The notes under the pieces are model-generated. The model had not been told where the DNA came from and did not search any database. It saw only the letters and a list, made by a program, of their open reading frames with translations. 64,000 nt of DNA from Lingula anatina (lineage: Eukaryota > Animalia > Brachiopoda), in assembly GCA_051362555.1 (NCBI GenBank), contig CM120640.1, positions 68,116,788-68,180,787 on the forward strand. Reading direction: 5' to 3'. The position numbers and the translations under genes are program-made. Below, one piece after another: positions 1 to 13,128 of the stretch. How positions within the stretch are numbered: position 1 is the first letter of the stretch; the number at the start of each line of letters is the position of its first letter.

Positions 1-2526
1 ACAGTACAATATAATTCCCTTTATTACGTGTTACATATTTCTCTTGTCACATTATATTCTACTGCTTCAAATCTTACATGGTTCCATCGTAAACCATCGT
101 CAAATTATTGCAATAAATATCACAAAAAGTGCTATTTCGTTAATGAAAGGTAAGTCTTTTGGTAATCCTTCTTATAACTCATTTGCCATAAATCTACCGA
201 TCCAAGACCAAGTTATGGGTTTTGATAGAATAACAATGGAATAATTGCTCACTCTCACAATTTGCGTTCATTTTACGTTGTGAATCTATTTTTTGCTAAA
301 AAGTAAACAATTCTTCTATCAAGTCTTGATATATTTTGTTAAAAGGGCTATCAGCTCACACATTTCAATTCAAAAAGGCACTTACCCGATATATATGTTA
401 TCCAGGAAAGAAATTCAACAATACACGATACAAACATTATTATCGTCTTTGCCATTTTGTTGCTTGGAGAACCTCTGACCATTAACCGTCTTTGTCGGAA
501 TACATAGCAATCCTATTCAGGGAGAATCTATTAAGATGGAACTGTTCCGTTAACGTACGTGAAGACAGACTATAGATCCAGTTGATGTCTCCAGCTCGCC
601 ATGGTGATCACGAGTTAACACATATCACCAAGCACCTGCACAGTAATCCTCCAAGGACCTGACGCTTGATCCCAACTGAATCGATCTGACGGCAACTGAT
701 GTCAGCTTCACCTCGGATATCTCAAAACAAGGGTGTCATTTGAAGGTGTGGTTTTCGGGAAAACAACTGAAATGTGTAATATCTATTTTAGTGATCGTAG
801 CTTTTGTACTGGGAGCTTCGATGATAAATATAGGTGTAGTTCTTGGGAGATGCATGTTCTGACACGAATATCGATTGATTAAATAGCACGCCATCTCCGG
901 TCTTTTATTTCAACTCTCGGGAGACATCAGTCAACTTGCGCTGAGGAAAATGGTGTTGAACATTTTACTAAACGCATACTAATTTTCTTAATGGTCTTTT
1001 TTTGATAGCGAGTGGCTTTGTGTTAATTTTAGATTTTATCAATCTTGGCACACAAAGTGATATTGATTGCTAAATTTATTTCATGTGGTTATTTTATAAG
1101 AAAAGAAAAAGAAACATAATTAATAACAACCTAAACACGGATTATTCTTGTAAAATATGCTGATTTGTCTGAAACACCTGAAAACATACAAATTCCCCTC
1201 CCCCCTTTTTTTTCTGAAAAATATGGGAATTGGTTGGAAAGATGATGATTTCTTATTGCAACTAGATTTAGGTGCATTGGTGAAATAACTTAACGCATTC
1301 TCTTCTGGCGAATAAAGTTGGTCTTTCTGCTACTAGCATTCGAGGAATGGATGGACAGGTCCATTACTTTCTGTCAAGGACACTTTTTTCACTCCCCGCA
1401 ATGATTCCAAAAATCAACCTATTGTTGAGCCACCACGCTGTGTTGACACTCTAGGCATCTTCCAACTGCTTGCAAAAACCACTTAATAAGGGACGTCGTT
1501 GTACACTAGGGAAAACCTGAAATACGGAAGCTGGCTCTTTGATTTCTATAACTCTCCGGACGCTGCTAAAGTGGAATCAATAGCGCTTTCAGCTTCAGCG
1601 CTGGTCGACCCATCGAGACAGCGTCAGCTCCTGGGTTGTTGAAATAGATTAGGTTTTCATTGTGCTATTATCATTTTCAATCTCAGGCTTAATAAAATAT
1701 GCGGCATGTAAGGACTGTCAAAATGCATGTTTAATGTAGAAAGAATAAAATACGATTTGGCAGCTGATATTAAAAAGATTGAATTGCGTAAAAGCTGGCG
1801 CACAGATTCTGTTCCCAAGATAAGTAATTGTTCTTTTAATACGAAGTGCCTACAGAGATTTACGGCCTTGGATTATCTTTGTTTGTCAAGAATAATCAAT
1901 CGGTAAAAAAGTAACATGAAGTTCTAATCTGTTGTGCATAACTAATGTGAGCCTTGGTAACGGCACACAAAATAAACAGTAGGCAAATATCAGCATTCCA
2001 TTAATTTAATTATAATAATAAAAAAGGACAAAAAGGACCGAAAAAGAAATGATATTTTCTTCATGGTGAGTATACGTGTTAGATTGATTTATTATCGATC
2101 TATGAAAAGGGGATTGTGATATAAAATGAATAAATTTTTAAAGTGATGAATAAATACTCTAAAAAGCCTGGCAAATGGAAGTGATGTTGCGTGATACCTG
2201 GACTAAATGGAGATAGCCTACATGAAGATTCAACCGAAAGTCGCGAATGACGTAGTTTTCGTTCTGTTTTGTCTGACATAAAACCGTTGTATTTCAAATT
2301 GTGAAAATTATCTGAAAATGATCTCGACATTTTGTTTTGATGTCAATGGTATTTATTGTATAGGATTATGAAAAATAGTGCCAACTGAATACGTGAATAA
2401 TTCATCAAAGACTTGTTTATTCTCTGACAAGCACGTTGAAATAAATTAGTAGAACAACTGATCGATTGTGCGTTTGTATTTTTTGGACTGATATGATAAC
2501 TAAAGCAGGTCCTGGTGTTAAATAGT

Positions 2527-4230
2527 TTATCCGTCGTCGTCGCTATCATAAATTATAGGGTTGAATAAATTGTATCGTTTCCGTAGTTCTTCCTCCTCTT
2601 TCAATTTTTTCTTTCTTGCCTCCTCTTCTTTGCGCTTTTTCGCTCTTTCCTCACGCGTGACAAACTCCTCGACATTGTCATAAAACTTTTTTATCCTCTG
2701 CTCCAGCGGCGGTAACTTTTGACGTCTCTTACGTTTTCTATTCATTATATCACTCATGACACTTTCATTCCTGCTCCTAACTGGTGGGAATTTAGGGTCA
2801 ATATTAACAATCTTTGGTAGTTTCACTGTCTCTTGCTGTGGCGAAGGGGGCGTTGATTCGTCGGCGTCGTTTACCTCTGGCACGGCAACCAGCGGCATTG
2901 CGATAGTTGAGCTCCATTTCCTGAGTGTGCCATCGTGGTGCTTTCTGCCGTCTTGCGGTATATCCGCATGTGAGGTCCATTTTTTAAGTCTAGACCCCGC
3001 TCTACTTCCCCAGTCTGACGTGTCTGTAATTATCCCCGCTTTAGGAGGCTGCTTCGGTTTAATGGTGGCGAAAATGAAGTTTTCTGATGTAGTTATTTGA
3101 GGCAAGTCTAAGTAAGATGAAGAGAGATCTTCAGTTTCTCCCTTTAGGTACAGTGCCATCTCCGTCCGCTGCCGTGCCAGAGTCAGCTCTTTTTGAGTCT
3201 TTTCAAATGTTTTAGATCGTAATAACGGCAAGATGGTCTTTAGTTTTTCCTCTTGAGATTCATTCCCTTGACCTAGGTGCCTATAATGAAGAGATTGACA
3301 TAGAAAGATGAAATAATACATTTCTGTTTGTCAAATTAAAAGGACAATTTTGGAATCGTCGAAATGTGTTGGATAGATACAGTGTATAAAAGTCCCAATT
3401 TTTAAACTAATAAATCAGTTATCACCCTTGAAATTTTAGTTTACACTAATTAGTGTAACGATAATTTAGGAACATTTATTTTTAGACTCTATAGCTTGTG
3501 TACAATTCCTGTAATGGTTTTGATTTCAAAAGACCAAAAGTGCGATGCCACATGCGTGAATAATGAAATTTCGTTGAATTAGCGGAGTGGATCTTTTGAA
3601 CTAATTCATTCGTCTGGTGATAGATCCATTGTACTTTTTTAATTTTTTTTTCACATCACGGACAGTTACTTACACATGTATTTTTATTGTCTTCTCAAAT
3701 TTTCATTGTCAGTATTTGACAACACAGATAAAATGTTTATAACTGTGATACCTTCATAATATAATACAGTAGCAGAAATTAAATTCGGTATGTTTTTTTA
3801 ATCCATCCAATATAATCAAAATATGTTTTTTTAATCCATCCAATATAATCAAAATATAAAAAATAAAATTTGAAAGACAAACGAACAAACTACAGATGCT
3901 GTGATTTCAGCACGCTCAAACACTATTGATTTGTTAATTAACAATTTCTTCAACGCCATCTTATAGACGTAAGGTGCTAGCCTAGTGCACTGCAATGTTA
4001 ATCAAACCCATCAATCTAATAACCACCTACTTTTTTGCCAGCCGCGTGTCTTCTGATGGACATATATGGATATTTTTCAATGTTTGCCATGTGTCCAGCA
4101 CTTCCTGATTCACTGTGGCCATTCTGTACCGTCTCTGTCTGGCATAGTTCTGTAGTGTTCTCTCCAGTACTACCTCATTGTGAGCGTGCTGGTTAGATAA
4201 TTTCTGCCAAGTTTTCACCAATCGAGACAT
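2527..4230 (-). CDS. Uncharacterised 317-aa protein, 2 coding exons (4031-4230, 2527-3280); basic, coiled-coil-like, with LPxI/LPPL motifs
   Basis: ORFs 4027-4230 and 2527-3321 join in frame. Donor AA|GTAGGT at 4030 and acceptor ttcattatag|G at 3281 rebuild ...RLAKK-HLGQGNES... (phase 2). Total 954 nt. AATAAA on the minus strand at 2352-2357. No family recognised. Confidence 0.8.
3789..3854. repeat. Perfect 33-bp tandem duplication
   Basis: TATGTTTTTTTAATCCATCCAATATAATCAAAA x2, in the intron of the uncharacterised gene. Confidence 0.9.
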
Positions 4231-5410
4231 GATGGGTCACATTTGGCGTTAGACCACAGCCTCACTTTATAAATATGTTGGGGTTTAAATTTCTATTGTC
4301 TTCATTGAAGTCCAGAAACCAGATTCGTGTAAAACGGTGGAAACATCCTGTACCTGTATCCTGCTCGTCTGGTATCAGTCAGACTCCTGCTCGTGTCCTA
4401 GAGAATTAAAGAACTGTCGTTTCGTTGTTATATTATATAGACATCGTACACTGGTCACTGTAATTACCACTAAGATTACCACTTTCCAGTTGCTATTGTC
4501 TCCTGACAGGTGCCTCTTGCTGACTGTGTGGCTACTGCCTGAGATCGGTTTCCATGGGCGCCGTGTCTCTCATTTAGTCACACTATGGAAGCTTGACAAC
4601 AATTAGTGACCGACTGCACTGTACATACGAGAGTGCGGGACACACAACGTCATGCTTATTCAAGAATTCAAGATATGTTGTCCCAGAGAAAACAAAACTA
4701 TTCAACCTTAATGTGCTGAACTTTTATTGTAATTGAAAGAAATTAACTCAGAGTATTACCCAACGATAACTTAGTAGGTAAACGACTGTGCACCTTGCTG
4801 AACGCACACAAATGGTGTTTGTTTGTCGTGAAAGTTAACTGTGGTCTAATCAAAATATTTTCACACTTCCAGAGGACCTGTAAACTGGTGTCAAGTAGTT
4901 TTATGATCCAGTTCAAATTGCAGTAATTGCGGGTAATGGGTTTGATATGAAAGTTAAGGGCATTCAATAATGAGTTAAACATGAAATCTTATCCTCAAGC
5001 TACGTCACTGTTTTTGTAAGGATCTTTTCCAGAAAAAAAGTACAGAAAATTGCTTTACACTCATAAATATTCAAGGCCAATCAGTGAATGTATTCATTGA
5101 CGCTGAATTTTTTTTAAAGTGTTGTATGTTCGTTCTACTCACATCGCACCGACTGCAAAACAACCGGGGCGCTCAAGCTTTAAAAAGTTTTCAAGTTTGG
5201 AAAACAAATTATTCCATCTTTCTATAAACCTCTTTCAGCGGTATTTTTATTTACAGGCTTAATATCTTATTTTGCTTACTCGAAAAATATACTGAGTGTA
5301 TAAAACAATGTCACAGCTTATATATGATTTGATTGTATTGAAACATCAGACGTTAACCTGTTTAATTATAAGTTGATGTCTATGTTTGAACGCAAATCAC
5401 ACTAAATGAA

Positions 5411-5433
5411 ATATATATATATATATATATATA
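5411..5433. repeat. (AT)n microsatellite
   Basis: Directly visible. Confidence 0.9.
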
Positions 5434-6910
5434 AATGTCATTTTGATGAGCATATTTATTTATTTGTATACTCTTTGATACTGCTTTTGGGTGGGATAGA
5501 GGTATAGCATAGATCGTTTTGAGGCAATATTCCCCATCAACATTCCGATTGCGACACATCCCAACTAACACAATTACAAAATTGGATTGGGAATTTTTGC
5601 AAACTGTTATTGTGCTTACAATAGTTCTTATTGTGGTCTTTTCATCCTTTAAAAATCCAAAATATAATAAACAAAACATTTAAAATTTCAGATGGAAAAA
5701 TTCATTCCGAATTAAGAAAAAAACAGCGCAATAATTTAACGACACCACAGCGATTTTTTATGAAGCAAATTGTGTATTGATGACAACACGCATACATAGC
5801 CCCATATTCTTTCCAAAAGCTGTCTTAAGACCAAATTGAACCTTTTCTTTTATGTGACATTATTGCAAGTGGTTTCATTAAATATCAGTAAAAAAATATA
5901 TGGACAGCATGCACCTCTGTTGCCCACGAAGTGGTCTGATGCTAGTATGACCGTTATGGCAAGCAAGCAGTGTTATGGTAGTGGAGCGCTTATATAAGCA
6001 TCTCCTTTGTCGCAGTTTCGGACAGCCATCCATCGATGTGAGCAACTGTTTGGCGTAAACTTTTTTTGCTGAAAAAAATCATTGTGCAATTAGATCGTTA
6101 AAAATGATGTCCTTCGATCCCACACAGACAGTACATTATATATTGCAGGCTATAGCTGGTATGGTACAGGTAACCTACTCGCCAGAGGATGTTTGTTCTT
6201 GCTTACAGGTGATAAAACAACGCTGACCTCGGCTCTGAACCATAATCGGCATTTTAAGAATAAGATTTGTCATTCAAGTGGTGACATGCACTTCATGCAT
6301 TTAAGATAGCTCATACAGTCTAATCAAGGCTTATATAGACTTTATATTATCTCATTAATCCAGCAAAATATTTCTTACCACGCTCCTTAATATTGTTCTT
6401 GCTATTAGTGTCAGAAGGTTATCTAAAAAGCGTCACTTTATGGCGGTGTTGACACGCTGTGTAACGAATTTGGTAAGGTCTTATTTGAACAGTCATCATC
6501 CGATCTTTGTTTTCTATTTACACTGACGATTATTCGCCCATACAGCTTCGATAAAACCGTTTGTATATATCCTCAGTAACAATTTGCGAAAGCTTGGAAA
6601 GTTGAGAGCATAGACGGACAAAAGCTGCAGATGCGTCTTCGTAGCACGTAATGTTTGAGGTGGTTTGTAAAGTAGTGTTTTCCCGTGTATCTTTAAGATA
6701 ATTAGTAAGCGATTAGTGAGCCGTGGTTAAGTTCTGGCAGGGAGGAGGTATTAGAAAGACGGCTCGTGTGTCGCCACTTCAAGTTAGGCCAGGTTTTACC
6801 CGAGAACGCCTTTGGATATGAAAATCAAGAGGACATGAGACGGCGTCAGACGTACAGAAAACAATGGTCGATGATGTCTGTAAAGAGATTAACATTTTAA
6901 ATCAATTTAA

Positions 6911-6926
6911 AACAACAACAGCAACG

Positions 6927-6997
<71 letters not shown>
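6911..6997. repeat. Compound (AAC)n(AAT)n microsatellite
   Basis: Directly visible; it creates the spurious poly-Leu ORF 6907-7104. Confidence 0.95.
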
Positions 6998-9699
6998 TTC
7001 TTATCATTATGAAAAGAAAAGCAATTGAATATCACAGCTGTATCAATTGGTAAGTAGGAGATTCTACTCTTTAAATAGCAGTCTTTCGAATAAAACATAA
7101 TCAATTTAATTGGATTTATGATTCGATCTTTTTAAATTTAAAAACGGGCATTTCAAAACATTATTAACGAGCCATCGCAAACAAAAATAAAGACAAACTA
7201 ATCTCTTTATAAAATGGGCTTCACAGTTTATCAAATGGTAAAAACCAAACAGTAAAAAACCAGTTGATCTCGAAGTGAAAGTGGGAAACAAAGAGTTAGC
7301 ATACCGGACGTTCATTGTCTTAAATCTTCTTTTTAGTTAGTTTAATTTGGTATGTACTGATAATTGCGATATTAATTTTAATTATTAAAATATTAAAATA
7401 TCCCAAAGCACGTGTTATCATTTTGTTTTGGTCGTTTTTAAGTAATAAGCCATAACTGCAAATTTAGATGAAAGTGAAAAGCAGGGATAGTGTAATCTTT
7501 TTTGAACGGTTTTAGCTAGGTGAAGAAAAAGACTTTTTTGATTTTAGAAATCGATAGGATGGTGGTCATTTAGTTCCAAAAAGTTGCTGAGGAACACAGA
7601 AAAGTTCGATGATTGCTTTTTTTTCGTGCCAAATTACCTAATTATGTAGAAAGAACTACGTCCTTAAAAGTTGAGTGACCCCCTCTGTGTTTTGAAAGAA
7701 CTTAAGGTGGCTATATACAAGTACGTGGCACGTTCTTGTCATTACGGTAGCTTTAAGTCCGGCCACATATGAGTCATAAGTTGTCAACACAGCGCCCAGC
7801 AAGAACGGGACCTGCCGCGCTCATGGCAACGCAGATTGGGGACGGGGAGATATAGTTTTAACGCTAGGTGTTTACCTGTATACACGAAGCGAGCAGTCAT
7901 GTCATTAAGACTTAATCTTTGTTACAGTTTTACATATTGATGCACATTTTCATTGACCCAAAAGAAAGCTTTAAGTCTTTGTCTTTTTTCTCGAATCTTA
8001 ATCTTACCATTTTATGTGTGAGTTTCCAATATAAATTTTGTCTTTTAAATAAAGAAATATAATTAAAGAAACCATCTATTCATTTTCAAGGTACAACATA
8101 AAGTCTGACGTTATGACGATATAAACAAAGAAAAATTACAAGAGGGAAAAATCAAACTATGCACTACAGTATTCTGATTGCTTAAACAAAAATTCCGAGT
8201 GACGAAGCCAAAAAGTATTCCGCCTAGGTACAATACGTTTAAAACAATTCTTGTGACCGTTATTGTAAATATGATAGTGTATTCTCAGCTGAAGAGTCAC
8301 GAAGGGGTCCTGGGTGTGAGGTTTTGGTACAATATCAAACAAGAGATACTCGATATAGAAGTGACAGTGTGGGAAATTCCCAGGGCAAAGCCGCGGTGTC
8401 AGTTCTATTAGGACATTTTACATTAAGACAAGATAAAGGATATTTTCACTGAACATGTCCGTTACTCGACTGGATGCATGGCATTACTTTTTTCCTGATT
8501 TTAAAAAATCAAAGTGTATTAGGCCGTACTCTTTTCTTATGCATGCGTTGAAATATATAAATAAAAATGGAAGATTATATTTTTTAAAGGGAAAATGCGG
8601 TGAAAGCGGAGTTAATCCAATCAATTTTGGAATTTGTGTATAAATAATTACCATATTAAATGCATAAATTCTGCTATCGATTTTATTTTCTGTTTTTAAA
8701 AAATTAATTCTTCTATATACCGGCGTGGATTGGTCAGCTCCTTGGAGATCCAGTTGCAACAGTGCATTTTCTTCTGAAAGCTAACAAGAATAACAAAGGC
8801 CTGCCAACATGTCAAGAAGAAATAACATTGTTTTTACTGCGAAGAAACTTTCATCCTAATTAATTTAGACAACTACTGCAAAAATTCCTTTCACACATGT
8901 CTAAACGTTCAAGCTGCAGTATTCGGTTGATCATCTCGGTGCATTTTCACAGATGTTGGTGTAAGTTACAACTACAATGCGCAGTGTAACAGCGTTAACT
9001 ATGGCAAAAGTAAACAGCCAATCCTGAGACTGAAAACAACACAAGTATGGCTTTTACGTCACAGCCCACTAAGTGATCTGCACATCTAGGGCCTAGGACA
9101 ATAAATTAGTTTTCACAGAGAGAGGATGGACACACAATTAACCTTATCACGCCGTAGAAACTTATTTTTAACATATTTGACATGTAAAATACAGAAAAAA
9201 AGAAGAATACTTTACCAGTGTGTGGCCGTTTAAACAATCAACAAGAGTATGCTATGAATACTGTCAAAACAGGTGGTCCGTATTAGGTGGAAAGGACAGT
9301 ACGAGCAACGCGTAAAAAACTATTGCACTCAGCTTTCGGATTCGATTACGTAATTCAGATATGCTTGAAGTAGAAAAATTGGCATAAGGGCCTTAGGATT
9401 ATGGCAATGCGTAGACTGAATCAATGCATGGTATATTCTGAGGAGAAAAATAATTTGGAGAGCCGCGAAAGCTTCGATGAGAAAAGATATGAACATGTAA
9501 CATTTTCACATTACCGTTAATCATGAAATAGACGTGCAAATGTAATGGGGAAAATAGAAAAATCTACCGCAAACAGTGACGTACAAAGTCAAACTGATAA
9601 TAGGAACCATGATAAAGTTAAAAATCAAACAAAAAAGACGTGGTCTTCTTCACGATCCTCTAACACTGTGAGTTCTTAAACGCTTTTACCTTATATTTA

Positions 9700-9700
<1 letters not shown>

Positions 9701-9731
<31 letters not shown>
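9701..9731. repeat. (AAT)n microsatellite
   Basis: Directly visible. Confidence 0.9.
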
Positions 9732-12639
9732 GGACAATCTGTATTGCACAGGTTTTTACTCTCTATAACTTATTGGCACTTCTATCCTTTCCAATAAGCC
9801 AAAATTATATAGATATTTACTGCCTTACTATTTTTCTTGTGATATGAACAAGGGGGAAACTTGTCACGGAGAGAAAATACACGGGAAAGGCAACTAAATT
9901 AATTTTTGATTTAGATAAATGAGCAAAATCGTTACTGCCCCATCACCAAAAGGGACTTGAATAAAAAATCGAAAACTGATGTTCCTTAGCATATTTCACA
10001 GTGCCAAATTGAGTGAGGCTTAACTAACTCATACACTTTTTATGATTTTACGAAAATCGATTTAAAGCTTAAGGATAAACACAATCTCATAGATATCATG
10101 CACACGACGTCAGAATATTGATGCCGATTTGCATCGACAATTTAAACGAAATGGATGACCAGGAAGATGCTGTTTGGGCAAAGGTGGAATGACAGGATAG
10201 CCAATGTCCAACAGTTGTAGAAAACCAGGTGGGTGGTTGCCGACCGGTGGTCAGGGGTAATCAAAGGTGGTCAGTGAACGCTTACTAATACATCAACAAA
10301 CAGAACGTAGACATTACTTCCGGTGATGCAACCACGCCCTAAGGTGCAATATTGCTTGATAGTTGTAACGTTCAGATAAGATAAAATATTTGTAATCCCT
10401 GCCACAAGATCTACTCGGTTTTAAAATGGATTGGGATTTCTTACGTAAACTGAAATGCTGGCAGTTGAAGGGTCTAGTAAAGACTCCGACGAAGATACTG
10501 TAATTGTATTGTCAAATGCAGAAAATTGATAAGAACATCCATATTCAAATTAACATTTAAATCATGCTTCAAATAACACAAATAACATTACTTCTGGAAT
10601 TAAAATTTAAAACATTATTTTGCAAATATTATCAAGTCCGGTTTTTATGTATCTATGGACCCCCAGGACTCTATTTGATATACCAGGCGCGTGCAGTCTA
10701 CCAGCTCCACCTGTGCCCCACCTCACGGCGTCTCCCTCCGGCCAAGCTGGACGTGCCTCCCCGCCCTGACCATTACCGTTGGATACTGCATGACCAGGCT
10801 ATCCGCTAATACGGAACCAACTAATGATAATGTCTCTTCAACTAGGATTTAACAGCTAGAGTTGTGGCTTAGTCTGATTAGGTAGGCAAATAAACCTGTT
10901 GATACTGTATTATGGAAGGTATAGATTTGGGCAATACTTACCTCATTTTATTCAACTTTGGGCTACTTGAGATTCCACATACAAAGAAAATGTGTAGCAA
11001 CTAGATAAAACTGAAGAAATATTTGTCTGATCCAATAAGGGCTTTACTCCATTATGCAATAAATAGAAATGTGAAGATTTTTGTAATTGCTTGTGAAATC
11101 CCTCACCTCTTTTTTTCCTCTCCTCTATACTATTATTCTTTAAATAATTGGTTGTAACACTATTGTTTTTTGTCGACAAAAAGGGACTGAAAATCAAAAT
11201 TTGTCATTTTCATCTGTTTTGTGCATTCTTAATATTGGTATCTCCTATGGTGTCTTCCACCCCCCTCCCCAACACACACACACACACAGCAATGTGTTAC
11301 AAGTATATATTTCACCGGTGCAGCGCTCTGCCTGGTACGGCCAGCGCGCGTACATTTTAACACAATTAACCCATCACCTGAATTTAGAGGGAATTGAGAA
11401 AATGTTTCTTTTAAATTTTCACAGTCCCGTGGGCTCAAAGGTGGTTTCTACAATTAGAATGATCGCTCGGATGTGGATCAGTGCCGGGCGCGGATACAAA
11501 TTTTCGATTGTTTTGTTTTTTGGAACGTTTAAAGCAACATTTGTTCTCATAAATACCAGTCTTGACCCGTTGATATGCTCGTTTAACAGTTATTGCCCTT
11601 GTTCGCACCTTGCTCCAAGATGCTAATACCATACTGGCTAAACCAAATTAAAACACTTTGAAGCGGTTTAAAGCAAACGTGAACGATTACTTCTAATATT
11701 AAAAGAATGCTTGAATCCATCAAGCCATGATATAGCCTGCAGCAACGAAATAAAATAAATTATCAACTTTAAGCGGTGAGTTTTAGTATGATAATGTAAA
11801 TGTATATCGTATAACGCACGTAATCTAATTAATTAAATCATTCATTTATCATGTACCTTCTATATTCGAAGTATATCCTTCTTGATGCCGTCTTGATATC
11901 ATAAATCAAACGCGTAAGTTCAAGAAAAAATTAGGGATTCATATTTTCCTTAAGTTTTTAAGTGATGCAAAATAGCTATGCGTCCCTTCCGTATTCTCTA
12001 AGGTAAAACACACGTGCGGTATGGGGTGTTAAGATTAACTAACGAGACTGTCAACCGATTAGTTGCTCAGTTAGAATTAATCACCATCCATTTAAACAAC
12101 AGGCGATAACATCTTAGAACCGCAATTAAGACGGCCAGAGGGCGGAGCGAAGCGCAGATCGAAAGTTTTACTTAACAGCACTGACAGTGTATAATTTACT
12201 ATTTGCTTAAGGTTGTCTGTTGTAAATTTATTTAATTCAGATTTAAAAAACAGATTGTGTTATAGAAAAAGGTGGTGCAAAATGAATCAGTCCAACATGA
12301 GCCTCTTGATGACTATTAGAATATCTACTGGTCCTGATAGATAAAGCCAGATGGGCGCAAGATTCCTTTTTTTTCTACTGTTATGCATCAAATAAAAGGT
12401 AGGTTGGATATTAGCTGCAGCAGGCGTGAAGGGCGAGGAAAACCTGGCGAAAATGGTGCAGAAAATTGGTACCAGAAACAAGCGAAATGTCGAAAGAAGT
12501 GCTGCGTCTGAAATTGATACATTCTCTCGCTGAGTCAATAAAGCCGCCTCTATGTACGTCACTACCTGAATCTTACAGCTTACACTCATTAGCAAAAGTG
12601 CTTATTTATGCACATAAGGGAAGGATATATTTATGAGCG

Positions 12640-12920
12640 CTCCCTGCAGCGCCCCGCCGTTCGATCAGTAACAAATTACGTAGAAAAGACATCATCCAAT
12701 TGACTGATGCCACTGAGACTTCAACAAATTAAATTGACTCCAAATATTCGAATACAGTTATCAACTGTTGGTGTGTTTATGTGCGTCGGAAATGTATAAT
12801 AGTTAAAACGACATGGACTTCCTACACTGTCAATTAAGGGAATAAGCTGAAAATAGCAAAGCGACCAATCAGAAGCGCGCTTAAGTTTACCTCCAACTTG
12901 CTGGGCCAATTATCAGTGAC
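12640..12920 (+). promoter_or_regulatory. Dmrt proximal promoter (CCAAT boxes, GC box)
   Basis: GACCAATCAG (CCAAT 12865-12869), GGCCAATT (12906-12910), GCCCCGCC near 12650 and Inr-like TCAGT at 12913, all 200-480 bp upstream of the ATG in CpG-rich sequence. Confidence 0.5.
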
Positions 12921-13128
12921 AGGCGAAGTAACCGAACGCTAGTCCTCTATTCCGGGTGGCCGATTTCGGCCTTGAAAGTAGGAGGCGCTCCCTACTCAAC
13001 ACAGAACTGTACACAGTATCCAGGCTGTAAAGACCTCGGAGAACCCAAGTTCCCTGTGCAAAAAGGGAAGACAATTTTGAGGCTTGATCATAACGAATTC
13101 CAAGACGGATTCTTACGCAGAAGACGAT

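Noticed and set aside
540-725. GC-richer block with a minus-strand Kozak ATG (caccATGG near 602) and a possible donor
   Set aside because: The ORF stops after 10 codons. It could be a 5'-UTR exon of a gene left of the window, but that cannot be supported here.
2756-3100. 114-aa plus-strand ORF
   Set aside because: Antisense shadow of the minus-strand coding exon.
6907-7104. Poly-Leu ORF resembling a transmembrane peptide
   Set aside because: Translation of a microsatellite.
13084-13128. TTG-started N-terminal extension of Dmrt in the ORF track
   Set aside because: Artefact of allowing non-ATG starts; the first ATG is at 13129.
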